A stretch of DNA of 32,000 nt, taken from NCBI GenBank assembly GCA_030688545.1, contig JAUYHT010000006.1, forward strand, positions 360,001-392,000. The letters run 5' to 3'. Shown here in pieces: positions 16,683-24,963 of the stretch (within the stretch, counting starts at the first letter, position 1; each line of letters starts with the position of its first letter). The stretch is from Candidatus Iainarchaeum sp. Lineage in GTDB: Archaea; Iainarchaeota; Iainarchaeia; Iainarchaeales; VGJJ01. The notes under the pieces are model-generated. The model did not search any database and was not told the origin of the DNA. It was given only the letters and a program-made list of their open reading frames with translations. The position numbers and the translations under genes are program-made.

Positions 16683-18263
16683 ATGGATCATTCTCCCAAC
16701 CAAACCGAAAAAACAACCCTTCCTGAGGACACGTCCAAAGGTACCCATTCAACCCTCCCACCCATTGAACCACCAACTGCTTCACCCGCTCCTTCTCCCT
16801 CCCCCCAGCCGGTTTCATCTCCATCTCCGGTAATGACACATTCCTCATTCAACCGTGCATCACCCAATACCCCTCCCTCAAAGAAACCATCGGCCTTTTC
16901 CCCTCCACCCAAAGAAAACGTGGAGTCCTTCTGGAATCCCATGCGCATCGGGGCCGCGGTGATTATCCTGCTCATGCTCCTCTCGGGGGTGGCGGTGTTC
17001 ATAGGGAGCCAGCAAGTGGCTCCGGGGGATGATAATCCCATCGCGCGTGGCACCACGGTGTACATCGCGGAAGAAGTGGAAGCGGTGGTGCTGCAGACAT
17101 TTCCATCAATGATTGTCGCGGGCCAGACCAGCGAGCCTGATAAAACTCAATTGGATGCTCCCTTGCAGGTTATTCCGGGGGTCGTCAGTTTAACCTCCCA
17201 ATACACGCAATCCAACCCCACCACAGGAGAATGGACCTATCGCGCCGATATCGTGTTGACGGCGGATGCGGATAAACAAGCGATTGTGTCCGCGGTGCAG
17301 GGTTTGGGATTGTTCAATACGCCCGAAATCTATTTCCAGGCCCTCGTGCGCGTTCCCACCTCCTTGGATACGGTAGACTTGGAAGGCAACCCCCGCAGCC
17401 TCACCTTGCCCTCCGCCCAAATCGAAGGATTAGTATCCCCTTTCAGCCAGGTCGGGGATAACATTGCGGGAGGTATTATCATATTCTTCCAGGATGGATC
17501 GTTCTTCGGAGCGACGATGGTGGAATCCCAGAATATTACCCGGGCCCCCCAGCCTTTTTTGGCGGAGATAGAAGGAGAGGTCCTCGCCCTCCAGCCCACG
17601 TTAAGCGTTACCGGGACGATTGATTACTCCCCTTTGTTCACGCAGGATTATTTGAATAGCGGGTTGCGATCCGTTCCGGGCGTCACTCACGTAGGACAGT
17701 TGCTGGCCCCGCAAGTGGATAACCAATTGTTCGTCTCATTCCAGGACGCCAACGCATTAGAGGGGCCCCTTCGTTTGTTCGTTTTGGAGAATGATTTCAA
17801 GTATGGGAATCCCCAATTCTTTTCTAATGGATTCACGGTGGAGCTACGCAATGTCACCGTGGCCCAAGCCAAAGAGGAGTGGCGCGAGGCCGTGAACGCG
17901 GCCGCCAACGCCACCGTTCCCATGGAGTTTCAGGCCCCCCTTACGTCTTTCCTCATTGATGTGAATACATCTTCGGAAGCTAACATCGGGCAGACGGCTC
18001 TGGCATTAGAAATGTATTTTGCGGGGTGGGATGCCAATGTGGACGCACAGGTGTACCAATCCGCGACGCTGGGGGCCCAAGAGGTATTCATTCCCGATTA
18101 CAATATTACTCTCCCTATTCCCGCGGGAACATTCCCGGGGGTGCTCCTCCCCGGACATGGGGTGGGGGATATGGTGATGGTCGTAGTGAATGGGGTGCTC
18201 ATTGGCAATGAGATTGTTTTCCTTTCGGGAGTGGAAGACCCGCCCGAAGGGACACAGGTTTAA
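16683..18263 (+). CDS. Membrane-anchored extracellular protein of unknown function
   Basis: Start set at ATG 16683 (MDHSPNQ), which has GGTGAGGA upstream. A Pro/Ser-rich linker is followed by a single TM (IGAAVIILLMLLSGVAVFIG) and a ~390 aa ectodomain with no motif I recognise. Confidence 0.7.
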   Translation: MDHSPNQTEKTTLPEDTSKGTHSTLPPIEPPTASPAPSPSPQPVSSPSPVMTHSSFNRASPNTPPSKKPSAFSPPPKENVESFWNPMRIGAAVIILLMLLSGVAVFIGSQQVAPGDDNPIARGTTVYIAEEVEAVVLQTFPSMIVAGQTSEPDKTQLDAPLQVIPGVVSLTSQYTQSNPTTGEWTYRADIVLTADADKQAIVSAVQGLGLFNTPEIYFQALVRVPTSLDTVDLEGNPRSLTLPSAQIEGLVSPFSQVGDNIAGGIIIFFQDGSFFGATMVESQNITRAPQPFLAEIEGEVLALQPTLSVTGTIDYSPLFTQDYLNSGLRSVPGVTHVGQLLAPQVDNQLFVSFQDANALEGPLRLFVLENDFKYGNPQFFSNGFTVELRNVTVAQAKEEWREAVNAAANATVPMEFQAPLTSFLIDVNTSSEANIGQTALALEMYFAGWDANVDAQVYQSATLGAQEVFIPDYNITLPIPAGTFPGVLLPGHGVGDMVMVVVNGVLIGNEIVFLSGVEDPPEGTQV

Positions 18264-18300
18264 AAACGGCGATTTAGTCTCCCAGTGGAGAGGTGAACGT

Positions 18301-18408
18301 ATGTTGTTCCAGGACACAGGATTATTGGTCATTTTCATGGGGCAGGTGGTTTCCATCGCCCTCGCCATCGTATTACTATACCGGTTGTCCCAGCGACAGG
18401 GGCGATAA
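18301..18408 (+). CDS. 35-aa single-pass membrane micro-protein
   Basis: The ATG has a strong SD (GGAGAGGTGA) upstream. MLFQDTGLLVIFMGQVVSIALAIVLLYRLSQRQGR. It is a paralogue of the next ORF. Confidence 0.4.
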   Translation: MLFQDTGLLVIFMGQVVSIALAIVLLYRLSQRQGR

Positions 18409-18411
18409 CCC

Positions 18412-18600
18412 ATGTTTCAGAGTCCCGAGCTCTTCATCGTATTCGTGACGCAAGTACTGGTGATTATCCTCTACTTGTCCGCCCTCGTGCGATACACGCG
18501 ACTCACGGACACGCGATCAACCCATCGCGCGGCATCCCGTGCGAGCCCAGCCAAACACTCATCGGCCAAGCGCAAGATCAGGAGAAAGTCTCGCGTATAG
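18412..18600 (+). CDS. 62-aa single-pass membrane protein with a basic tail
   Basis: The ATG lies 3 nt after the previous stop. MFQSPELFIVFVTQVLVIILYLSALVRYTRL... aligns with the 35-aa ORF. The C-terminal tail is Arg/Lys/Ser-rich. Confidence 0.45.
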   Translation: MFQSPELFIVFVTQVLVIILYLSALVRYTRLTDTRSTHRAASRASPAKHSSAKRKIRRKSRV

Positions 18601-18725
18601 AGCGAAGAGTGTAACGTTCGTTCTACCGATAGCCGAGATTTGAAAATCATTTTCCTCATTTTATTTAAATAATAAAAAAAATATTTATTCAACAAAAAAT
18701 ATTCTCGTATTTTAGCGAATCATGA

Positions 18726-19088
18726 TTATTCGTCTTTCTTGAGCGATGCGATCGCCGCGGCCATGTCCCCGTCGTGGGCTTCCAGGGCGTCTTTGGCCTG
18801 TTCTTGGGATACATTGGCTTGCTGCGCGACCAGCGCAATGTCGTCTTCAGGAATGGGTGGAGCGGATGTGGAACCCCCTTCTTCCGTGTGCGCGTCCCCC
18901 GAAATAGTATACGTTTTTTGCCCTTTCATCTCCATGCAGTTCACGCTCGGTTGGTCGAAAACTAGTTTGGTTCCATTATCCAATTCAATAGTCACGCGGG
19001 CCGCGGAGAGATCTTCGCTGGTGATGCCCATCTGCCGCATCATGGCTTTCATCTGGGAGGGGTTCACCCCACCCAATCCGGGGAACAT
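18726..19088 (-). CDS. nac: Nascent polypeptide-associated complex protein (NAC plus UBA domains)
   Basis: MFPGLGGVNPSQMKAMMRQMGI...VFDQPSV..MKGQKTYTISG (NAC domain) followed by DDIALVAQQANVSQEQAKDALEAHDGDMAAAIASL (UBA). Start set at ATG 19086-19088 (120 aa). The track's 193-aa version is an over-extension. Confidence 0.85.
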   Translation of the reverse strand: MFPGLGGVNPSQMKAMMRQMGITSEDLSAARVTIELDNGTKLVFDQPSVNCMEMKGQKTYTISGDAHTEEGGSTSAPPIPEDDIALVAQQANVSQEQAKDALEAHDGDMAAAIASLKKDE

Positions 19089-19168
19089 GCAGGAGTTGGA
19101 ACCAAAGGGCATAAAAAAAGGGGCCCTTTTTCCCCAGGATTTATAGGGGTTGGCCCAGGAAATGGAGT

Positions 19169-19834
19169 ATGCCCGTGGACGTGATAGAGAGCTATGCCAA
19201 GTTCGAGTCGCGTTTCGGTATGGATCCCTTTTTTGTCGCGGATTCCCCCAAGGGAAGGGCCATCCGGGAGTATTTTGAGCGGAAAGGGGTGTTGCAGGTG
19301 GAAACAATGGCCCCTGGATCGTGGCCCAAACTCATCTACCCTTCCGAGGAGAAGATCGCCGCCCGCCTGCGCGAGTTGGAAGGGGAATATGCCAAACAGC
19401 GGCGGATCAAAGGGGAATGGGAATGGACGCGTTTCCGCACCCGCTCGCATGGGGTGGTGTCTCATGTGAAGAAAGTAATGGATCCCTTGTATTGGCAGCA
19501 TGTCACCAAAACAGTGACCGATAAGTCATATCGGGAGGACGCCAAGCTCATTGATTTGCATTCCCATTTAGTGGCGGATGTGAACTACCGGCCCATGATC
19601 CGCGCATTCGTACACAACGAGGATTACCGCAAACAATTATCCGAAACCGTGAAAACGAGCATCGTATACCGCGATCATAAAGGGTTGGGGAAACATTCCA
19701 AGGACAAACGGGCGTTACAGTTGCAGGTCTCCGAATCCCTTTTGAAAAAGACAGAAGTTCATTTGCGTGAGCTCCGGGACCAGGTGTTCGTTTACCGCCA
19801 GCTGTTGTCATGGAGCCGGGAGGGGAAGGAATAA
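19169..19834 (+). CDS. Hypothetical protein (221 aa)
   Basis: Protein-like composition. A TTTATAGG box lies ~25 nt upstream. I recognise no motif. Confidence 0.6.
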   Translation: MPVDVIESYAKFESRFGMDPFFVADSPKGRAIREYFERKGVLQVETMAPGSWPKLIYPSEEKIAARLRELEGEYAKQRRIKGEWEWTRFRTRSHGVVSHVKKVMDPLYWQHVTKTVTDKSYREDAKLIDLHSHLVADVNYRPMIRAFVHNEDYRKQLSETVKTSIVYRDHKGLGKHSKDKRALQLQVSESLLKKTEVHLRELRDQVFVYRQLLSWSREGKE

Positions 19835-19858
19835 ATTAGGGGTTGCTTTTTGACAAAT

Positions 19859-20170
19859 ATGAATATTCCCCGTTGCGTCTTGATCGATGAAAAGGCATTC
19901 GATCGCATGACCCCTAAACCCCCGATAATAGGGAAACATAGGGGGATAGATGGACACCTGTATGTCATAATCGAAGAACGCCGCCTGATAGAGTTAAACC
20001 TGAATGTCGAAGGACCCGTGATTCGATTGCCCAGGGAAGTGGTGGAAAAACTCAAGGATCCAAGGCCCGGAGAACCCTTCCATATTCGCGGCCCAGGAGC
20101 GCCTGCAACCATTTTCCATGAACGCCGCCGTCCCAAGCCACCTCAACCCACCCGGCGGCGCATTCGATAG
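19859..20170 (+). CDS. Hypothetical protein (103 aa) with an Arg/Pro-rich C-terminal tail
   Basis: ATG at 19859 (the track starts at TTG 19850). No recognised motif. Same strand as, and closely spaced with, its neighbours. Confidence 0.5.
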   Translation: MNIPRCVLIDEKAFDRMTPKPPIIGKHRGIDGHLYVIIEERRLIELNLNVEGPVIRLPREVVEKLKDPRPGEPFHIRGPGAPATIFHERRRPKPPQPTRRRIR

Positions 20171-20256
20171 CGGAACCTATGGCGGTTTACCCTTTCCAAA
20201 TGGTCATATTCTTGACCCGACCCAAGTCGAATGACTCCAAGCAGGAGGTAGTCGTC

Positions 20257-20493
20257 ATGCAGCCCATACAAAAATTCCAAGCCGGCGCCGTTATCGCGAG
20301 CGTCTGGAAAAATACGAGCAAAGAAGGGGCGGAATACTTTTCAGTGTCCCTGGACAAGCGCTATAAGGATGCGCAGGGAGATTGGAAATCCTCTTCCTCC
20401 TTCAAACCCGCGGATCTTCCCAAGGCCGCGTTACTCATGAACAAGGCTTACGAGTTCATCGTCCTCAAACACGATGCCCCCGTGGAAGCGTGA
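20257..20493 (+). CDS. Small conserved-looking protein (78 aa), possibly an ssDNA/RNA-binding beta-sheet-plus-helix fold
   Basis: ATG 20257 has AGGAGGT 7 nt upstream. AGAVIASVWKNTSKEGAEYFSVSLDKRYKDAQGDWKSSSSFKPADLPKA resembles a small uncharacterised family I recall from bacteria. The fold assignment is a guess. Confidence 0.5.
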   Translation: MQPIQKFQAGAVIASVWKNTSKEGAEYFSVSLDKRYKDAQGDWKSSSSFKPADLPKAALLMNKAYEFIVLKHDAPVEA

Positions 20494-20543
20494 AGGGATA
20501 CCCCGGTCTTACCTCCCGGGGCTCCTCCCTAACCCCCCATACA

Positions 20544-20906
20544 TCATTCACCAAGCGCTTTCCCTATTTTGTCTATCATATCACTGGCGTCAGCGTACTC
20601 GATGAAAATATTGGATATAATCCGAAGTGAAGAGGAGATTGCATTTCCTTTCCGGTAAAGGCAGATGATTTGAACACCTGAGTGGTCGGCCCATCCTAGT
20701 TCGATCCCAAGTCCGGTGGAGGGATATGAAACTTCGGCCAACACATAATGGCAAGTCGGGATAATATCACGAGAGGAAGCAGGCTCCCCATCTCTTTCAT
20801 GGGGCAGAATAATGTCATGGATTTGATTGAGAGAACTATTACGTAATGGATTATACAATTCGGTCCGAAAATCGAACCCACTCGCGTGCGCCACGTATAT
20901 TCTCAT
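20544..20906 (-). CDS. Nucleoside 2-deoxyribosyltransferase-like (NDT / Rcl / MilB superfamily) small protein
   Basis: 120 aa. N-terminal RIYVAHASG, then VLAEVSYPSTGLGIELGWADHSGVQIICLY, matching the D/E-x-G-T-x-x-E-x-G-x-A core of the NDT-like flavodoxin fold. Confidence 0.55.
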   Translation of the reverse strand: MRIYVAHASGFDFRTELYNPLRNSSLNQIHDIILPHERDGEPASSRDIIPTCHYVLAEVSYPSTGLGIELGWADHSGVQIICLYRKGNAISSSLRIISNIFIEYADASDMIDKIGKALGE

Positions 20907-20929
20907 TTCGATTAATAAGTGAGATATTG

Positions 20930-20939
20930 TTTTTATATA
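20930..20939 (+). promoter_or_regulatory. TATA box in the divergent NDT-like / thyA-like intergenic region
   Basis: TTTTTATATA at 20930-20939, about 45-55 nt upstream of the thyA-like starts (TTG 20986 / ATG 20992), in a 79 nt intergenic region. Confidence 0.5.
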
Positions 20940-20985
20940 CCCGTTTTGAGCCCTGACAGTAACATTAAAGTATGAAACGCGATTC

Positions 20986-22422
20986 TTGGGTATGGCTTCC
21001 GATTCCTATATCCCTGGAAATTCGTCATCTTCCACGGTCATCTGCACGTTCTGGACCATGGCCAAGCCGGTGGCGGAGAAACTGGATACCAATAAATTTT
21101 CAGTCTGCGCCAACCTGTATTCCATGGATGGCATTAACACCATCGCCCGCGCCATTTTGCAAAACCCGCATTGGCGAAATTTGATTTTATTCGGGGCGGA
21201 TCTAACGCACACTGGGGATATCCTCACCCAATTTTTCGAGAAAGGAATAGAGGAAGATGGAAAAATAGCGGGAACCACCTTCTCTTTCCAGAAAGAGATC
21301 CCTCGCGAGGCGCTGAATACCTTGCAGAAAGAAGTGGTGGTGCATGATGCCCGCGGGAAATCATTTGAAGAATTGATCCAATTGGTCAACGGGCTGAAAA
21401 ACAAACCTCCTTTCGCCGATCCACAAACTTTTCCCGAACCACAACCCCCGGAGATCCAGACGTTCCATTCTGAAAAACAGGGCTTCCTCATCCGCGCTCC
21501 CACCATTTCCCATGGGTGGTTGCAGGTGTTGGATATAATCCTTAAATTTGGGGAGGAGAAACCAACCGAATATGGGAACCAGATGAAGGAGTTACTTAAT
21601 GTCCAATGCATCATCGAGGGGGATGATGAAAACATCCCTGAATTCCTGCCATTTACTCCACGTGATCTCGAGGACTACACCAAAAAAGTGCTCACCCCGG
21701 AGGTGCCGCCAAACGTGGCCTACACCTATGGTTCGCGTCTCCACGCGTGGCCGGGAGAACAGCCCATCGATCAAGTCCAGTATATGATCGATTACTTGAA
21801 GAAAACCCCCCATACGCGTCGAGCGGTCGCCGTGACATGGCACGTGGGAATAGATATGGTGGATAAGAACCCACCCTGCCTGACGGAGATTATTTGGTCG
21901 GTTTCCCATGGAAAATTGCATCAGACCTGTTTGGTTCGGTCCCATGATATGTTCGAGGGATGGCCGCTCAACCTTTTCGGTTGGCGCGAGCTCCAGAAAA
22001 GAGTGTCACGGGAAACGGGTATTCCTTTGGGCTCGCTCATCGTGCTGTCCACGAGCGCCCACATTTATGACACCAAATGGGAGGAATCCAAACGCATCCT
22101 GCAAAAATACTATCTCCCTTCCGCCTACCGGTTCGACGCGGATCCGAGGGGGAATTTCGTCATCCAGATAGTGGAGGGGGAGGGAGAAAAGGCTATCCAG
22201 GTACAGCACTTTACCTTCGACGGTCAAAAAACCCAATTCGTTTTCGAACCATCCAAGAAAGCAGAAAAGCAAGCCCTGGAGGAGTTGTTCACCCGGCTCG
22301 CCCATTCCAACCTCGTCTCGCGACAGGACCACGCGTACTATTTGGGGGCCGAGTTGCACAAGGCGATGATAGCCATCCGCTTGGGAAAAGAGTATCACCA
22401 GGACAAGGAAATCCTTCTCTGA
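20986..22422 (+). CDS. thyA: Thymidylate synthase (ThyA-type core) flanked by an MtrA-like N-terminal domain and a DUF4346-like C-terminal domain
   Basis: N-terminus: NLYSMDGINTIARAILQNPHWRNLILFGADLTHTGD...EDGKIAGT (MtrA-like). Core: TRRAVAVTW, catalytic NPPCLTEI, VRSHDMFEGWPLNLFG (RS-x-D...PxN) and SAHIYD. C-terminus: DPRGNFVIQI...QDHAYYLGAELHKAMIAIRLGKEYHQD (DUF4346-like HAxYLGxEL motif). An ATG lies at 20992. Confidence 0.8.
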   Translation: MGMASDSYIPGNSSSSTVICTFWTMAKPVAEKLDTNKFSVCANLYSMDGINTIARAILQNPHWRNLILFGADLTHTGDILTQFFEKGIEEDGKIAGTTFSFQKEIPREALNTLQKEVVVHDARGKSFEELIQLVNGLKNKPPFADPQTFPEPQPPEIQTFHSEKQGFLIRAPTISHGWLQVLDIILKFGEEKPTEYGNQMKELLNVQCIIEGDDENIPEFLPFTPRDLEDYTKKVLTPEVPPNVAYTYGSRLHAWPGEQPIDQVQYMIDYLKKTPHTRRAVAVTWHVGIDMVDKNPPCLTEIIWSVSHGKLHQTCLVRSHDMFEGWPLNLFGWRELQKRVSRETGIPLGSLIVLSTSAHIYDTKWEESKRILQKYYLPSAYRFDADPRGNFVIQIVEGEGEKAIQVQHFTFDGQKTQFVFEPSKKAEKQALEELFTRLAHSNLVSRQDHAYYLGAELHKAMIAIRLGKEYHQDKEILL

Positions 22423-22451
22423 CTCCGGCGGCCCACCTTCCAAATGGTTTA

Positions 22452-24647
22452 ATGGAAGAAGTCCCCTCAATAAAGGCCACCATGATGCATGACATCCCCC
22501 TGATCGTGAAAGAAGCCAATGGGTTTGACCAATTCAATCCCATGCAATCCGCGGTGCTCGCGGCGCCGTGGCAGAAGCAATCCCTTCTCGTGGCCTCTCC
22601 CACCGCTTCCGGAAAAACCATCATTGCTGAGCTCACCGGATTGGAAAGCATTCTCAACAAAAGGAAAAAAGCCATGTATACCTGTCCCTTGCGTGCGCTC
22701 GCCAGCGAGCACCATGCGGATTTGAAGAAAAAATACGCTCAAAAACTAGACATCAAGATGGCCGTTTCCACGGGGGAAATGGATTCCTCTTCCAAATATC
22801 TTTCCAACTATGATTTCATTTTTACCACGTATGAAAAATTGGATTCATTGCTCGTGCACCAGGCGGATTGGCTGCAGCAATTAGGGGTGCTCATCATCGA
22901 CGAGATCCATGAATTGGATTCGGACCGTGGTCCCACGCTCGAAATGGTCATCACCAAGCTCCGAATGATCAACCCATCCTTACAGATAATAGGATTGAGC
23001 GCCACCATCCCTAATGCGGACGAGGTCGCGGCCTGGCTGAAAGCGGAGTTGGTTCAATCGAATTACCGGCCGGTTCCCTTGAAGGAAGGGGTGCATTATG
23101 ACGGAACCATTTTTTTCAAGGGCGATGAAAAGAAATCCCTTTCAAAAGAAGACCCCCTTGAGGGGATCATCGGGGATACGCTCGCACAACGGAAGCAATC
23201 ACTGGTGTTCGCTAACACGCGGGCGCGCGCGGAAAGCCTGGCGAAGCAAACGGGAGGGTTGGTGGCGCCGTCCTTGTCTCTGGTCGAAAAGAAATCCTTG
23301 GATCGAGTGGCGGTGCGCATCGAGAATGCCCTTGAGAGCCCGACCGCGCAGTGCCAAAAACTAGCCTCATTCGTCAGAAGCGGGGTCGCTTTCCACCATG
23401 CGGGTTTGGTGCAGCGCCAACGGGAATTAATAGAAGAGCATTTCCGAGGGGGGCTCATCAAGACGATCTGCGCCACTCCCACGTTGGCCGCGGGAGTTAA
23501 CACTCCGGCCTTCCGCGTCATCATCACCTCGCTCCACCGGTATGATTTCAATGGCCTGAATCCCATTCCCATCCGTGAATACCGCCAGATGAGTGGTCGC
23601 GCGGGTCGGCCTAAATATGATGCGGCGGGGGAATCCATTGTTCTCTGCAAATCCGAAGCGGATGCCGAGGAGGTCATGACGCGTTACATCCTGGGAGAAA
23701 TGGAGCCCATACAATCCCGTTTGGGAAGAGAGCCCGTGCTTCGCATGCATCTCTTAGCGCTCATTGCCAGCCGCTACGTGTCGGATACTCCCACCCTGGA
23801 TAATTTCTTTTCCCGCACATTGTACGCACACCAGTTCAGGCAGATGGACATGCTGCAGCGCATGCTCCAAGGGCTGGTGAAGGAATTATATGAATTGGGT
23901 TTCATCGATGGGGAAGAAAACAGGTTTTGGGCCACACCGTTGGGAAAGCGGGTCGCGGAATTGTATTTGGATCCCCTCTCCGCGAATGCGGTTATTCAGA
24001 AGCTCCAGCGAAAGGATTTGGATATTTTCGGTGCCTTGTATACGATGGTCGACACCACCGAATTGCGCCCTTATGTAAACGTGTCCCGCAAGAATGAAGC
24101 GGCATTATGGGAGCAATTCCAATCCCGCACGGACGAAATACCTTTGGATGGGGAAGAGGCTTTGTTCACCGACATGCAACTCCTCGAGAAATTCCAGACA
24201 ACCAAGTTTTTCGAGGCATGGATTAACGAGATGGGGGATCAGGAGATTTTGGATGAATTCAGGCTTCAGCCCGGGATCATCCGAACTAAACTGAGGAATG
24301 CGGATTGGGTAATGTATGCCATGGTGGAATTGGCGCCTCTCGTGAAAGCCCAGGGGCATGTGAAAATGCTTTCCAAGCTGCGGAAACGTCTCCTTTCGGG
24401 GATCAAAGAGGAATTAATTCTCCTCTGCGAGCTTAGGGGGATAGGAAGGGTTCGCGCGCGGCGCCTGCATAACGCGGGCATCACGAATGTGAGCGATGTC
24501 AAAAACGCCCGGGCCGAAGACCTGGCCAAGATTATCGGCCCCGCCCCCGCATTGGGTGTGAAAAAACAGCTTGGGGACACCATTCAAAAAGGCACCCAAA
24601 AAACCATCGAATCCGCCATGCGGGAGCAGAAGACGCTGTTCGATTGA
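22452..24647 (+). CDS. hel308: Hel308 / Ski2-like DNA helicase (Hjm)
   Basis: Start set at ATG 22452; the track's upstream 125 aa overlap thyA and are not protein-like. Motif I SPTASGKT, II DEIH, III SAT, VI QMSGRAGR, and a C-terminal HhH (LRGIGRVRARRLHNAGI). Confidence 0.9.
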   Translation: MEEVPSIKATMMHDIPLIVKEANGFDQFNPMQSAVLAAPWQKQSLLVASPTASGKTIIAELTGLESILNKRKKAMYTCPLRALASEHHADLKKKYAQKLDIKMAVSTGEMDSSSKYLSNYDFIFTTYEKLDSLLVHQADWLQQLGVLIIDEIHELDSDRGPTLEMVITKLRMINPSLQIIGLSATIPNADEVAAWLKAELVQSNYRPVPLKEGVHYDGTIFFKGDEKKSLSKEDPLEGIIGDTLAQRKQSLVFANTRARAESLAKQTGGLVAPSLSLVEKKSLDRVAVRIENALESPTAQCQKLASFVRSGVAFHHAGLVQRQRELIEEHFRGGLIKTICATPTLAAGVNTPAFRVIITSLHRYDFNGLNPIPIREYRQMSGRAGRPKYDAAGESIVLCKSEADAEEVMTRYILGEMEPIQSRLGREPVLRMHLLALIASRYVSDTPTLDNFFSRTLYAHQFRQMDMLQRMLQGLVKELYELGFIDGEENRFWATPLGKRVAELYLDPLSANAVIQKLQRKDLDIFGALYTMVDTTELRPYVNVSRKNEAALWEQFQSRTDEIPLDGEEALFTDMQLLEKFQTTKFFEAWINEMGDQEILDEFRLQPGIIRTKLRNADWVMYAMVELAPLVKAQGHVKMLSKLRKRLLSGIKEELILLCELRGIGRVRARRLHNAGITNVSDVKNARAEDLAKIIGPAPALGVKKQLGDTIQKGTQKTIESAMREQKTLFD

Positions 24648-24690
24648 AATCCAGATATATTTAAATTAGTCCTCGATATAAATATACCAA

Positions 24691-24963
24691 ATGAGTACTA
24701 CCATTATCACCCGCGCGGTCGATGAGGACGTGGAAAAGGCTTTCCGCCAATTTGTGGCGCGGAAGTACGGTACCGAAAAGGGAGTATTAAGCAAGGCGAC
24801 CGAGGATGCCTACAAAAAGCTCATGGAAGAAGACTTAGTAGAGTTTCATCGGCGACGCGCCATCGAAAGGCTTGAAAAAGGGATTAACATTGGGTTCAAA
24901 GGATACAAAAGTAGGAGTGAACTCTATGAATCCCGACTCAAAAAACAACTTCCTCGACACTAA
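24691..24963 (+). CDS. Putative antitoxin (RHH/VapB-like) of the downstream PIN toxin
   Basis: 90 aa. The N-terminus TIITRAVDEDVEKAFRQFV has a strand-helix pattern. It overlaps the PIN gene start by 38 nt. TATA-like A/T boxes lie at 24656-24688. Confidence 0.5.
   Translation: MSTTIITRAVDEDVEKAFRQFVARKYGTEKGVLSKATEDAYKKLMEEDLVEFHRRRAIERLEKGINIGFKGYKSRSELYESRLKKQLPRH

Noticed and set aside
19089-19307. N-terminal extension of the NAC ORF (193 aa in the track).
   Set aside because: The extension is Pro/Trp/Arg-rich and not protein-like. NAC homology starts at MFPGLGG (ATG 19088), and a TATA-like box lies at the leaderless distance from that ATG.
22077-22451. The 125-aa N-terminal extension of the helicase ORF in the track (856 aa).
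   Set aside because: It overlaps the 3' part of the thyA-like gene in another frame and is Arg/Gly/Pro-rich. The helicase motifs begin only after the ATG at 22452, which lies 29 nt after the thyA stop.
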